Shown: piece by piece, positions 24,608 through 36,934 of the stretch
Layout of the letters: each line of letters starts with the position of its first letter
How positions within the stretch are numbered: the first letter of the stretch is position 1
Origin: Aplysia californica
Taxonomy: Eukaryota
Direction: 5' to 3'
Assembly: GCF_000002075.1 (NCBI RefSeq)
Contig: NW_004797572.1
Coordinates: 421,828 to 485,827 of the forward strand
Length of the DNA: 64,000 bases
Program-made: the position numbers and the translations under genes
Notes under the pieces: generated by a model
Told to the model about the DNA's origin: nothing
Seen by the model: the letters and a program-made list of their open reading frames with translations, nothing else
Databases searched by the model: none

Positions 24608-27600
24608 ACAGACACAGACAACATGTGCTTGTGTGGTAATACATCATTATTTGGAGAAAAAAATGCACAACCTCTACAGACATGCTTCAGTTCACACTCA
24701 TAGGCTACTTTCACTTTTTCTGCCACCCTTACATACATCAGCTCACTTGTTTTCCCTTTCTTTTCTAATCATTGTCATAAAGTCTTGGCATTTACTTTTC
24801 TCCTTAAGCAGCACTGTAATATTTAATGTTTTTTGCAAGGTTGGATCTTTCGTCAGATACCTGCTGTACTACACTTATAATATTATTTTCCAGAGTCGAG
24901 AAGCAGGCAAAATGATTGAAAAGCCTGTGACAAAGTGTGATAGTGCATCTCAGACTGACACTCACATCCTAGAATCCAACATTGTAAAGACATATGAGTG
25001 GAATGAGTGGGAGCTGCGGAGGAAAGCTATTAAACTGGTGAGATTTCTCAGGCTAAGTTTTCATTTAAAAAATGATCCTGTGTAACATTGGGAACTTTCT
25101 TAAAATAGAGGCTGGTATCTAATTTAGAGTGTTCTGGGATATCTTTGAAAGGCTGTGATGAATGTAAAATAGTACTCTTGAGACTGTCAGAGTTATTATT
25201 CTTTACCTTTAATGGCCCAATGAAAGAAAGTAGTTTCTTTGAGTTTGTATAATGTCAGTGGTTAAAAAGTCTCCCTACTATGACCACTAATCTGTTAATG
25301 GTGAGGCCCCTAGTGCACACTTCATCTAGCATGCAAACCAAGGGATCTTAGGTGCACAGGTCCAGAAGGCTTCTGGGAGCAGGGCTAAAAAAAGGATTAA
25401 GACCAATTTGATATGGCGATATGGAGTCGTGCAATAGAAGCCACAGAAAGTCATGTCTATAATATACAACATTATCATTTACTGACTGTTTGTCTTGTAC
25501 TGTTTTGATCATTGATAGAAAGTCATTGTGGACAATACTCTGTACTAAAAGTGAAATAATAAAGTTTTCAATAGTCAAATACTTTTTTCTGCTTTTCGTG
25601 CGATTTATACATTACAAATGCCTGTGTTCATAAGGACCCCATTTCAATATATTTCAGGCAAACTTGAGAACTAAGGTGACCCATGCTATGCAGACACATG
25701 GAAGCAACATGCGGCGAGACAATGAAACTCAAGTGTATCTGCCAAAGTAAGTGTCAGACTCATTGCCCAATGTCAACCGCTGAATACATTTGTCTATTTG
25801 AAAGATACATGCTGTTAGCAGTGAACACATAACAGCATACTTTCTCATTCTGCTCCACTCCCTGCTTTATGGTTTTGGCTGTTCTGTCCACATCTAATGC
25901 TAAGTGATACATAAAAAAGATAAATGGATTCGTGGCAGGTATTGCACACCTTTTGTATCAAAGCAGGCCCGTAATGCTTAGTTCATTCCTATGATAGCTA
26001 GCAAGTCATAATAACAATGCACTGTGTTTTAACTCACTTGAGCCAGTTCCTGTTACGAGACGCGAATGCCAGCCCGGTGGCCAGATCCCGCGTATATACA
26101 GCCTGCGCTTTATAGATTGATATCTATGGTGGGTTTTTTTTAAACAAGCAAGAGAAGTGCCAGCAGTTGACCCCCAATTTGTTTCATTTCGTGAAAAGTT
26201 TTATGAAGTTATACACGATACTTTTTTAGCTGTTACGGATTTAGTCAGGCACCCCTAAATTGCGATAGAAGCTCTGGGTACGGAAACAAAGTCGCAATCA
26301 TTTTTAGAGTGGAGATAGCCTCAAAAAGTCATAAATGAAACTTGTTTGAAGCATTTAAAAGGTCTGATTGTGAACTAAAAGTAGAAGGCTAAAGCTCCCA
26401 CAATGTCAGTCAAAACATACGAGAATTTAAGTTGCTAGATCTATGGACAGAGGATGTAGATCAGGCAATGAACAGTTGGAGTTGTAGGTTAGTGGAAGTG
26501 AAAGTAGGTATCAAAATAGCTTTCTTCTTCCGCCAAGTCTAATCTTAGGGATAAAATAAAAACTATTAGGACAAATTAGGTGCAATTTTCCGTTTCTGTG
26601 AGAGCGTTTCTTTCTTTTTTTTTGCATTTTATAAAATTAATAATAATATAATTATGATACTTTCACACTCTTTTTGTGGTTATGTTCCCCAACACTATCA
26701 GGCTGTATTGGTTGTTGGGTGAAAAATAGCTCGGGCTCATATGTGAGGTAATATTATGGCTCCACTGTATGTCAGGTCACTATAAGTAACCTTTTTGTTG
26801 AACTCACTTGAGCCTTTTCCCTTGTATTTACGAGATGCGCCGCTGGCCCATTGACTACGGGATGTGCTTTATCGATCGACATCTCCAGTGTTTTTCAGTT
26901 ACTAGATCTAGCTTCGGGAAGCGGCAAACCAACAGTTGAGCTGCTTGTTTCATTTCATTTAAAATTTGATGAAGTTTTGTGCCACACTTTTTTACCAGTC
27001 ACCCCCGCATTGCGATAGATGATTATATTGTAAATTGGGTGTGTTTTTTTAAATTGCGTCATTGTCATTTCAAAATATTGAAAAAATAAAAACTGTTCGG
27101 ACAAATCAGATGCAGTTTTTTTCGGGGAGAGTATTTCTTTCTTTCTTTAGTGTCGTTTTAAATATTTTATTATGATAGCTTTCAGTCTTTTTGTTGTTAA
27201 CGAATTAATATAGGCCTACCTCAAGACTGTCAGGCTGGGATGGTTGTTGGGTGAAATATAGCTCAGTTAGCTCAGTGAGTTAGTAAAAGAACTACCTTCA
27301 CAAATGTTAATAGAATCATGCATTTCCCATTCGCATGTGAAACCACAGAGTCCATAGCAGTCATCGTGCTAACACAAAGTGAACTAGCTACAGCATGAGG
27401 ATGGGAACATCCAGCCATGCCTTCTAATACTTTAATGGCTTCAGTGGCAATCTAGGGTCACACATAATGTCTAGCAGTGACATCGCTTAGATATGTGATC
27501 ATTGGAGTTTGTCCTCAAGCAAGATATGTTGACCGTAGCTGAAAAATAGGCTGCTGCTCAGAAGCCAACAGCAGTGCTATGCTACTGATTCAGTTTATGG

Positions 27601-29233
27601 TGTTACATTATTGATCACTATGCTGAATTTTTTTATACGGGTTCCCTTTGGGGGTCAATAATAAGGTTTTCCCTTCTTTCTTTCTTTTGTTTATGACACA
27701 GTAAAGGATACAATGCAAAACGTAGGAGAAGCCATAAAATAATATTCACCATTTGTTTTGCCTCTCTCACCCTGGTATTTGATATCTTCTCCACCTCCAG
27801 CCAGCTGTGTCTCACAAGCCTAAGACCTGCCTTTAAATTTAACTCCCAGGTGGATCTCTGCATTCCTCTCTTCCTCTTCTCCTTTGGGGGATCCATTTGA
27901 GGCTTTGTCATGTATTTAATAACATTTTTCCTTTTCAATTGGAAATGTTTGTGATAATTGTATTAAAAAAGGAACTGGTGATCCTGTGATCTTGACCCGT
28001 TGACTTATTTCAATCTTCAATAAGGATTTATATAATACATATTTGAATCACGTGTTTGGCAGTTTCAACATTAAACATTGGTTCATGCAATTTGACTTGC
28101 CTTGAAACAGGAGTCTTTGACCGAGTGGTTATGCCAAAGGCTCAGCTTTGTTTTCCCATGTAGGCTATATTTTTATGCTGATTGGTTTATCCCATAGTTT
28201 AATTCTTTCTGGATCAAACAGCCTACAACTACATAATACATATAATATAGATGTGGTGGGTTATAGAAGTCGCTTGATTTCATTTTGTAATTTTTATTTA
28301 AAAGTTACTCATTAACAGTTTGTTTCAATGATATTTTGATGGTCTCCTTTACACATCCATAAATCTTTGAAAAAAAAAACTGTCTAAGTGGCGAGGTTTC
28401 CATTGCTTATTTTCATTCAGTTGCTCACTCTATCATCATTTCAGAGTAAATGTTTCAAACCACACTCACACTTGGTCCCTGCTGTGCATTGTCAGCTGTA
28501 CTGTACATTTGGATCAATGTGTCGTGCTAGAGGGCAGGTCACCAGTGGTCTCCAGCTGTTACAGCTCTTTTTAACTTCTCGTGTCATAAGCAATTGCATT
28601 CTTATGCTGTTCAATAAGTATTCAAAGCATTGACACGCAAGACTGTTTTGACTTTTAAGTAACAATAAGGCTGGATCCTGCCTGTGGTTTCAGGGTCATA
28701 AAATGATCCACAGTGCATCAGCAAGAGGTCTGACCCCTTAAATAGGGATAAAAATACATGATCTTTTATGACTCAAATAGAGTAGGCGTACGTGTGTCGT
28801 TTTATGTTTAGTTTGTACCGGTATTTCAGTTGTCTTTCCTTCATCTCTTTTTACTTTTGTTCTCTCATCAATGGACCGAGTCTAGAGGGATGTTGAACAA
28901 CTCAACATTTTAAAATAACCAGAACTCTATTGATCTGTTTGTGGGGATCATCACAAATTTTGAGAAACAGTTAGGAAAGGGGAAAAACAGAATGTGTTAT
29001 GATAACCCTACCACATTTTTAATTGGGATTTCTCTTATGTCATCTCCAGAGACCAGAATACGCAGACCAAACGTGACAACTACAGTAACGTCTCCAAACC
29101 CCAAGTGTTCTTGGAGGGCTTACGAGGAGGTGGCATGTCCGTGCCCACTGCCATGAACAAGGTGGACCTCACCGTAGACGTGTCAGAGCCACCAATTGTC
29201 AGTCAGTACATGGTGCGGCCAAAAGAGCAATGA
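10500..29233 (+). CDS. CFAP206: Cilia- and flagella-associated protein 206 (radial spoke base), 15 coding exons, 637 aa
   Basis: join(10500-10607,11840-11923,12942-13032,13966-14154,14424-14582,15171-15376,15713-15832,16299-16403,19461-19547,20908-21012,22410-22552,23460-23559,24894-25037,25658-25746,29050-29233) = 1914 nt, open frame, all GT-AG. Recognised from MSRAQAESVIKNIIREIAQEC.., LDTVKMQVYFDMNY, LLRSGLGSPTD, IVTGIRLFNKECGKGGEGIDD, YEWNEWELRRKAIKLANLR. Confidence 0.97.
11840..11923 (+). CDS. CFAP206: CFAP206 coding exon 2
   Basis: ag|VKAVVLDPSNEFNVDRTLTKDDVQKLIR|gtaagt. Confidence 0.95.
11967..12480. mobile_element. Tc1/pogo-type MITE remnant (TA-CAGTCGAAC terminus), right end unclear
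   Basis: TA|CAGTCGAACCTG start followed by GGCCACCTG subterminal repeats. Confidence 0.4.
12942..13032 (+). CDS. CFAP206: CFAP206 coding exon 3
   Basis: ag|LCVDRLMDSRSPALDTVKMQVYFDMNYTTR|gtgagg. Confidence 0.95.
13184..13605. mobile_element. ~420-bp MITE family (other copies ~10690-11110 and inverted 39073-39499)
   Basis: TIR ATCAGGCGCTCGTCAA / TTGACGAGTGCCTGAT; shared core TTACCTCTGAA..CTCCTTCAA in all three copies. Confidence 0.7.
13966..14154 (+). CDS. CFAP206: CFAP206 coding exon 4
   Basis: ADFLDEHRRVLESRL...GLGSPTDIAVVREAT|gtattg. Confidence 0.95.
14424..14582 (+). CDS. CFAP206: CFAP206 coding exon 5
   Basis: AALQSVFPQTELGTF...GKGGEGIDD|gtgagt. Confidence 0.95.
14800..14959. other. 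Assembly gap (N run); others at 18568-18872, 30836-30935, 38542-38711, 52962-53262
   Basis: Direct reading; several gaps abut simple repeats. Confidence 0.99.
15171..15376 (+). CDS. CFAP206: CFAP206 coding exon 6
   Basis: LPAILNEAIPATTQ...RQHETFLRIIL|gtgggt. Confidence 0.93.
15713..15832 (+). CDS. CFAP206: CFAP206 coding exon 7
   Basis: NDVISCAHQV...SKTAVPTAQVY|gtaagt. Confidence 0.93.
16299..16403 (+). CDS. CFAP206: CFAP206 coding exon 8
   Basis: PQFIHLAQLWSSFQDEMVLLSVLSNILASLEPFTR|gtaaac. Confidence 0.93.
16458..18469 (-). mobile_element. Decayed Chapaev-like (CMC/Transib/RAG1-related) DNA transposon in the CFAP206 intron after coding exon 8
   Basis: Imperfect 23-bp TIRs (CACCGCTCTTTTAGTTGGCTCGG vs CAGCGATCTTTTAGTTAGTCCGG, 18/23). 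Frameshifted transposase C-terminus ..YMAAFRRYFP/KVIPKQHIS*QHCIPHIQQHMFALGLLGEQDTESSHQ. Confidence 0.65.
19461..19547 (+). CDS. CFAP206: CFAP206 coding exon 9
   Basis: GHRELFSDDVLVPYLEGLSVKTDKERIEE|gtaagc. Confidence 0.9.
19675..20045 (-). mobile_element. RTE LINE 3' end with (TAAG)n tail
   Basis: RWRWIGHVLSR..ALHWTPEGRRKRGRPKVTWRR..AQNRQSWRSFVAAL; ACTT repeats at 19675-19690. Confidence 0.9.
20908..21012 (+). CDS. CFAP206: CFAP206 coding exon 10
   Basis: TSSQRVNTKDY...WLFLDTTKNFAKLRLQYR|gtgcgt. Confidence 0.9.
22410..22552 (+). CDS. CFAP206: CFAP206 coding exon 11
   Basis: GYCAYSLGKYDRLLLPANPEIG...AAYEFAQNPQ|gtaaga. Confidence 0.93.
23460..23559 (+). CDS. CFAP206: CFAP206 coding exon 12
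   Basis: YIAMVADGAKKSPELIQLLELHTQFSTITPYSQ|gtattt. Confidence 0.93.
23617..24420. mobile_element. Tigger/pogo-type MITE
   Basis: TA TSDs; TIR CAGTGGAGTCC..ACAACGAG / CAGTGGAATCC..ATAACGAG. Confidence 0.8.
24468..24620. repeat. Imperfect (CA)n microsatellite
   Basis: Direct reading. Confidence 0.95.
24894..25037 (+). CDS. CFAP206: CFAP206 coding exon 13
   Basis: SREAGKMIEKPVTKCDSASQTD...EWNEWELRRKAIKL|gtgaga. Confidence 0.95.
25658..25746 (+). CDS. CFAP206: CFAP206 coding exon 14
   Basis: ANLRTKVTHAMQTHGSNMRRDNETQVYLP|gtaagt. Confidence 0.93.
26033..27279. mobile_element. Two tandem copies (26033-26747, 26803-27279) of a TTAA-type MITE
   Basis: Both begin CTCACTTGAGCC, end GCTCA..GTGAG, and share internal blocks; TTAA-like flanks. 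Confidence 0.6.
27690..27920 (-). mobile_element. Highly degenerate RTE LINE 3' fragment
   Basis: PPKEKRKRGMQRSTW...HSWLEVEKIS resembles the RTE C-terminus. Confidence 0.45.
29050..29233 (+). CDS. CFAP206: CFAP206 terminal coding exon 15
   Basis: DQNTQTKRDNYSNVSKPQVFLEGLRGG...VRPKEQ*. Confidence 0.92.
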
Positions 29234-30475
29234 ACCCTTCCATAATGAACTCTTTGAGGTGGAATTTCTTTGATTTGTCAAAATAAGGATTTTGAGAAAC
29301 ACAATATTCATTCTGGGGAGAAAAGTACATCTTTAATAAGAAATCATGTAAAGTCAGCTGAGCAATAAAAATGAATGCCTCAGCCTTAAAAGACAGTCAA
29401 GCAACATTAGTCAGTTGTTGTTTTTTTTCCATTTTACAGACATTTACTTCTTGTTCTTTTTGCTTTTTAACTTTTCATGATTTTCCCATTTTGTAATCTG
29501 ACTGTGATGACAAACTGCTGCTATGCTACATCATCCCTTCTAGAGCAGCCCTAGGCTTAGGCTTATACATCTTTATAGTTTTCATTAAATTCTTGAAATA
29601 AAATAAGTGTTGGAACAACAATTTTGACAATTATTGATATAAAGCTCCCAGAGACCATTAAATATAAATGACTTCAGAAACAGGAACACTAGAGGTAACA
29701 AAATGGGTTAGCCTCTACCACACACTAAATTGCTCATCGAAATGTGTTTGAACAACATTAACCCCTTCATGACAGATCCCGTACACTGTTCCTGAAACAT
29801 CATGACCCAGGATGTTGTCCTCACGTACAATATGCGCTTTAAAACCATCTGACTTTGGCAATCATTTGGACCGTAAGACATGCACCATTTCTTTTAGCTG
29901 TGGTTACTTTGGCCTTGAAAACACTGTTAAAGATGAAACTACCAAATGTGCGTGGTGAGGTAAGGTGTCAAATTCTCTCCTTAGGATACGAAAGATGATT
30001 TGCAAATCCTTCACTGTCGAGAAGATTATATCAGAACTATCTGTTCTAAGATCATGATATAACATTCATTGGCGAAATCCATTGACACTACATTCTTAGT
30101 TCGATATAGTGACAAAGGTACCTTGACCACCACACTGTGAATTTCTCAGCACAGCTTTTGCTTCTAGATTTTTGTATGAAATATAAATAACTCTGATTGT
30201 ACTGGAGGACTAATATTATTAGGACCACATCATACTCTAAAAAATGTCACGAAAATTCAGTGTAATGGAATTAGCTTTGTGTTCCTAATTCTTAACAACT
30301 GGCACAAAAATTATGTTTTTGTGAAAAAAGTACTAAATCACGGTGGCTGAATATATGACCCCATTTTTATAGTATAGCCTTGTTTTAATACATGATATGT
30401 ACAGTACTGTACAGTACTGCTTGATTTTTGAAAGCCTCTTATGGACAATTCTTTTTTAATAATGTATTTCAGCAC

Positions 30476-30481
30476 AATAAA
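30476..30481 (+). terminator. Candidate CFAP206 polyadenylation signal (alternatives 29364-29369, 29597-29602)
   Basis: AATAAA followed by a GT/T-rich downstream element (GTGTTTTGTTTGTTT). Confidence 0.5.
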
Positions 30482-31857
30482 AGTTGTATTTTGTTGAATG
30501 TATGTCCTGAGTGTTTTGTTTGTTTACTTCATATATACTGTGTTACTGCTCTATTTTTAGATAGCTAAAATAATTTGAATCTATTTCATGCACAAGAAGC
30601 CAATTTTTACTGCCATTATGATGAGATGGGGTATACTGTATACATACGTGTGGTATCAGTTGCGTATCTATGCTCAAGATGTATTTGGAGTGGCTAGTCG
30701 CCCGATCTGGGGTGGCTAGCATTTTGCTACATGAACGAATTCTGTCAATTATCCTGACACTTCTGGCCTGAGGGGATTTCTGCCCATGTTCCGTGTTCTG
30801 GCCCGGGGGGGGTTTCTCTCTCTTTCTCTCTCTCTNNNNNNNNNNNNNNNNNNNNNNNNNNNNNNNNNNNNNNNNNNNNNNNNNNNNNNNNNNNNNNNNN
30901 NNNNNNNNNNNNNNNNNNNNNNNNNNNNNNNNNNNCCCCCCTCTATCTTTTTCTCTCTCTGCTCACAGACAAAATTGTTCGCTTTCAACTCAGTGCTGGA
31001 ACATTTGTTTACACTCGTATCATGGGCCTCACGCGCTAAGACAAGTTCGCGCCCAAGTCTCGCTGTTGAAAAATGCAAGAAAAGATATATAATTTTTTTA
31101 CAATTTTCAAAAGAATGAAAATGAAGCAATTTTTTTCTCTCTTAAAAATGTTTGCTTTCTTAGCTTTTAACAATTGAACAGCTTGCCAACAATATGATCT
31201 TTTAACCCATTGACACACATCTGATACTTTATGGAATTGCATAACCTCCCACATCTTAATGGTTCAGGGAATGCAAAATCCATTGTATGAAAATGTTTTT
31301 AAGAGAAATAGACTATAAATCAATGTCTGTGATACTTATATATATCTATCCTTGCAGACATAATCACGGAATGTTTAGTCTTTAAATGGATCTACAATGG
31401 TTTTGAAGAGAATGTATTCAAAAGGATAGTGCAATAGCTTGATTGAAAATACCTTACAATTTTGTGTTATGTCTAGAAATTAAACTTCTTGGCTTCAGCA
31501 GACAACTAGTTGTCATATATCATTCTTTCCCTTCCACACTACACTTTTCAAATGTGTGTCGCCAGACCACCCATTTTATGGATGTGTGGTGTTAACTAGC
31601 TTTCTTAGTGACCCTATAAATCTTGCTAAACATAGAAAAATGCTGTTTCAAACTTTCAGATGGTGATATAGTCAGTTTTAACCCTCAACAGTCAAAAATA
31701 TATAGTTTGGGTACAAACTAAAGAAATACGCTGCAAAAGTTTTGGACTTGACATTGTTTGATTGTGATCAAGAATCAAAGAAGCAATTACCGCCAGCAAA
31801 GTCAATACAAAGGTGGGGAAAAAATTGTACTCATAAATATCAGAGGGACAGAAGATA

Positions 31858-32635
31858 GAGTGGAACTCGGATTCAACGAGCTCGGATTCAACGAGGATTG
31901 ATTCCCCGTTTATTTTCTTCTTTAAAATCAATAAAAATAACCCGGATTCAACGAGCACTTAAATCAGCTACTTCGGATTCAACGAGGTCGCTTCCACGGA
32001 GAACAGCCAGTGCGGACGTAGCTTTGCTCATTTTTCTCCCAAAACGAACTTTATCTATTCCGGGTAAACCATCCATTGCTTCTGCATCGTGAACCATTAT
32101 TCACTTGTCGATTGCATGCGACCAGTCAGCCGCCTTTTTTCAAACCAACACATGCGTTGTTGGCACGCGCACGTGTCTACTCTGACGCGTGTCGGGGTTG
32201 GATTGGGGGGGGGGGTACTACCGTCCGGGCATGGAATGTCGCAGATAAAAACGCGTCACAGTCTTTTTTTTTCCCTCGGCAACTGATCGTTATTACAATG
32301 ATAAGCTAGTCTTGACGTAGATCTACATAAATGAAGTGTACGCTGGTCTATGGAGTCAAAAGTTGCCGTATGCTAGGCTTTACACAGCAACACAAGTTTT
32401 TGGTAAACAATCGAGATTACACAGATGTGTGCATTTGAACGAATCGGTCTTTTTTTTTACGCGGCTCATAATATGCAGGCATTTCAGGCACTACTTGTGA
32501 CTTCTCTTTATACATTACTTGTTCAGTGCCTGTAATTATCTACACAAAACCTCGTGTTTGCTATTATAACGAACACTCGGATTCAACAAGATTTTAGGTC
32601 AGGCCCAGCGACCTCGTTGCATCCGAGTTCCACTG
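31858..32635. mobile_element. Tigger/pogo-type MITE
   Basis: TIR (C/G)AGTGGAACTCGGAT(T/G)CAACGAG; internal CGGATTCAACGAG repeats. Confidence 0.8.
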
Positions 32636-35600
32636 GATAACGCAAAATTATCCCATTTTTTTCATTCTTTTTAACTACCCAGTATCAAGATTTGCTGACA
32701 TTAAATGAGCTTTACCAGATCACAAACAAGACACCTTGGTGAATCTTCAGGTTGTCTCATTTTTGTGGTCTGGCACTATGCTTTTTACAAAAACAGAATC
32801 TTGAAATGAGTAAGACGAAATTTAGTTTGTTTATAACTATAGTTTCATTAACCTCTTAATCCCCTTACAATGAAGGCGCACCTTGACAACAATCATCTGT
32901 AGCACACGTTCATCAGTGTGAAGAACAAGTGCAACATTATCAAGCAGAAAAAATCAGAGCACTAGTTTCTGTAAACAAGCCATTTATATGTTTTGATCAT
33001 CTTCTATACACTGATTTACTGAAGTACTCTCTCCCTGAACTTGGAACCTCAGGATGTCAGGATTTGGATAAAATTAGGGTCAGGCGCCTAGGGCTCAAAG
33101 GTTTCATCAAGTTTCACACTCCATTAAAATTAAACACAATAAAAATTGCTTCAAGGGTGGAATTTTCAGTCCTCAATGAGGATACCCAGCTGGGATGAAA
33201 CAAAAATAACAACAAACAGGACAATCTATTCAGCTTGCTCCAATATGAACTCATCACTTTGATGCCTCGGCCATAAACCAAAGTTTCAGCCACTTCCTGG
33301 GGTTCTTCTAACCTGCCTAATACATGATAGTCAATTGAAACAAATCTGATCAGAAGTAAATTTAATCATTCTGTCAGAAAAAAACCCAAAAGAAACAAGA
33401 ACCTTTATATTTCCCTTTATTCAAAAAAGTTAAGCCAAAACCATGACACACTAAAGAAAACCAACAGGTTATCACTGTAACTGTGAACATGACAAAGCCA
33501 AAGATTAATAACACTGCAATCTTCAAAATGAAAGATTACCAGAAACAAGCACCACAGTTTGCGGTTGTGTAAATGTAAAACATGAATCATTAAGTTCACA
33601 GTATGTTTGGATAGATATATAGATATAGGCAAGATTTTTTAATCAATTTTTAACGTAGGTGATTTTTTGGCCCCTCGACACAATTCAGATCATTTAGGAG
33701 GTGGGCTTCCGACCCTACTTATCATGGCCAACCGAGGCTGAGAGGGATACAGCATCCTAACAGAAGGACTGAAACACTCAGTAAAAGTTTCTTCCCACTT
33801 GGGAATTGAACTCATGTCTCCTGCAAGCAACAGTGAAGCACATAACCACTACACCAGTCACTGGTAGATAGGCAAGAGATAATTAAGCGCTCATGAAAAC
33901 AAAAATAAACTTGTGACACCCAACACAGAATTCAGACTTTGTCAAAAAAGTAGAAATATACCCAAACAACTGTCACATGTCACATCATAACCCCGACAAA
34001 ATGCATATAGAAATACCAGTATGTAACTAGACTGATAATTGCAACACTGTAAGAGAAGTAGGCCTGTAACACCTGCCAAACACCCACAATGGTAAGAGAG
34101 GAAAAATGATGGCCAAAAAGAATTGTCTGCACTCTCCCTAATCCACATTTTTAAAAAATAACAGCTTTTACAATTCATAAACTACAGCAATGAAATGCAC
34201 TGATGAAGATGCAAACGAAGTTAAACAAAGTGATAGAACTTGATACAGAAAAGTTAAAGAAGATGAAAACTAAACAAATTCTACCTTCCGAGTCTAGTCT
34301 CCTTATTACACCTTCAGGGACGGTTAAACGTTTCAACACAATAAGAAAATTTGCGCAGTCCATTTTAAAGCCAATACAAGATGGATTAATGGTGTTCCGC
34401 AATGAACGTGAGGAATATAATTCAATTGCTTCAATTCCCAGCTACCAAGTTGCAACCCCAGTGCTTTCTTGTCATATCTCCATTTTTAATAACAGTGAAA
34501 ACAGTTCATAACAAAGAGTGAGCTTAAGAAGATGTCACATTTTCACTGTTTTAAAAAATGGAGATACGACAATTAAGCACAGAAGTCGTGAAGTGTAGCT
34601 CGTGTCATGGGGGAAAAAATGAATACTCACATCTTTTTCAACTACATGAACAGAAAATAAAATCTTATTTTGGGCCGCCTTATACCTACAGACCAAAAAA
34701 AACCTTTACCCACGGGGAAAGTCTATATAACTCTCCAACAAAGCGCAAAACTCACACAAAAATTGACAGGAAGCAAGCTGAACCATGCAGAAGAAGAAAC
34801 ACATTACAAAAACAACAGTATTTTGGAAGCAGCCATGGCAGCTCCGAAGATACAGTTCACAGTTGAACAAAGTATTTATTATGGTTGGAACATTATTATA
34901 TTGAAACAAAGTCCCCTATGCAGACCCGGAATTTCTTCTGTAAATGGTTTGGAATCAGCCCCAAAGACCGTAATATACCAAGTAAAGTAACAATACCTAT
35001 GTGGGTGGCTGACTTCAAATCACATGGCTCTGATGAAAATAAAAACAAGAGATCAAAAACTTGGGTCACCCACAGTGGGAGATCGAAGCAAGCGCGCACT
35101 GTTGAGAAGGTGGCAGGGGTGGGGGAGTCTGTGAGCGAAGAACCTAAAGGTCAGTTCATTGTCATTTTATTTTTATTGTAATAACAATTGCTAGAGAATC
35201 TGTTCATTGTATGTTGAAGTACAATCTGAAGTTTAAACCATACAAGATCCAGGTAGGCCTACATCAAAGGCTCAGTAAATGGAAAATGTCAGAGTGTAAT
35301 TCCATCAAGCGCTTAGAGTGTGTATGGTCCAAAACGGACATCACATGGAGCAAGTGCTCTAACTTCCATTGAAAATTTGTCATAATAAATCCGGATGTGA
35401 ACAAGTGCGTATGCGAAATCTTGTGTTTCTATCTCTATTTTAACCGTTTTTATGGATGTCTCTGTGGATAAAGGTTTTTTGGGGTCACTTGGTATATACA
35501 TATGTTTCAATTTCTGTAACATGCAGCACAGACCTGTTACAAGCCATCTAGAGATAAAGCTGATACAGAGTAAAATGCAACCAGATTTGAAGCCCCCCCC

Positions 35601-36934
35601 TCCTAAAAAAAACATATATGAAGAACCCGAAGACAATAATTACACCTTCAATTTCCAAACCACACACGAACACAACTGCAGATGACATTATAAACCATTA
35701 TATTACATTATGATTCCGACTAATAACAAATACAAAGGTATAAATCAGCGGTTGTCAGGTATAAGAATGACAAAGGAAGAGCCACATAGCTGGTTTGATA
35801 TGCACAAAAAATTAGATAACAGATCCCTAATAACAAAGTAATAAAATAAAGAAAGGTTGAGTAACTGACACCATACTACAGTCAATCATTTCATTTTCAT
35901 GGAGCTTCACAGCATCATCACACCAGAACCAAATCAACTTAGAGTCGAGAAAAAGTTCCAAAAGTAGCTGAGTCAGCTTCAGCATCACATAAAACTAGAT
36001 CTATACCAAATATAAGAAAATTCAAATACCCTTTAATATGGTTATCATAGCTATAGAGAATTGCTTCTTGACGACAAAATATTTATCACGCAATTCTGGG
36101 GTTTTGATATAATATACATAATATATAGTATACCTCTCAATGTCAAATAAACACTCCCACACACATGGAATGAAAACTGTTTGACAACAAAACAGGAACA
36201 TTAGTCAAAGTGCTTATAGATAATATTATAATTTATAATGTATTTGCTCAGTAGTGCAAAGACCAAAATATTATCACAAAGTACTTAACCCGATCATTAA
36301 GGCCTTTGAGAACAAACTGAAAAAGCTGGCTCAAAAGAAGTAGGTTTCAAAATCAAACCCGGTTCTCAGGAGTGAGTTAACAACAACAATAAAAGGGGCT
36401 CAAGGAAACCTATTCCTAACATTGCGATACAAAATATGTGCATAACTACGTCTATAAGACAGCTTCAAGGGGATAAGATTTTATAAGGATTGAAAAATAT
36501 TCTAATTCAACTAGTCGGACATAAAAGAGCAAAATACAACGACTGAAAACATGTTACATGATACGATTGCTATTACCTGAACAAGATATATTCACTTTTA
36601 TAAAAAAAATAATGTAACTCAAAATATATTTGTGAATTTAAAAACACTCATTTGTCAGGCAATACTACTTAAAAATGGCCAGGCACCCAATTGTAAAAAC
36701 AAAAAGATGAAGAAGCCACTATGAATAAAATAAAACCAAATATTACAAAACTCGAACACAACACAAAAACAAAGTCACCACCTAAGAAGTCTAAATCGCA
36801 AATCTGGGACATCTATAAATTCTCAATAATCTGAAAAAAAGGAAGAAAATAGCCATTCCTTTTCATACTTTACTTACCCCCCCCCTCATTCTGTTCAAAA
36901 TTGAATTTTTTCCAATTGTTCACAAGAGATAATC

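Noticed and set aside
24323-24738. CV/HT-repeat ORFs, and ORFs spanning N gaps (14.7, 18.4, 30.7, 52.9 kb)
   Set aside because: Translations of microsatellites or unknown bases.
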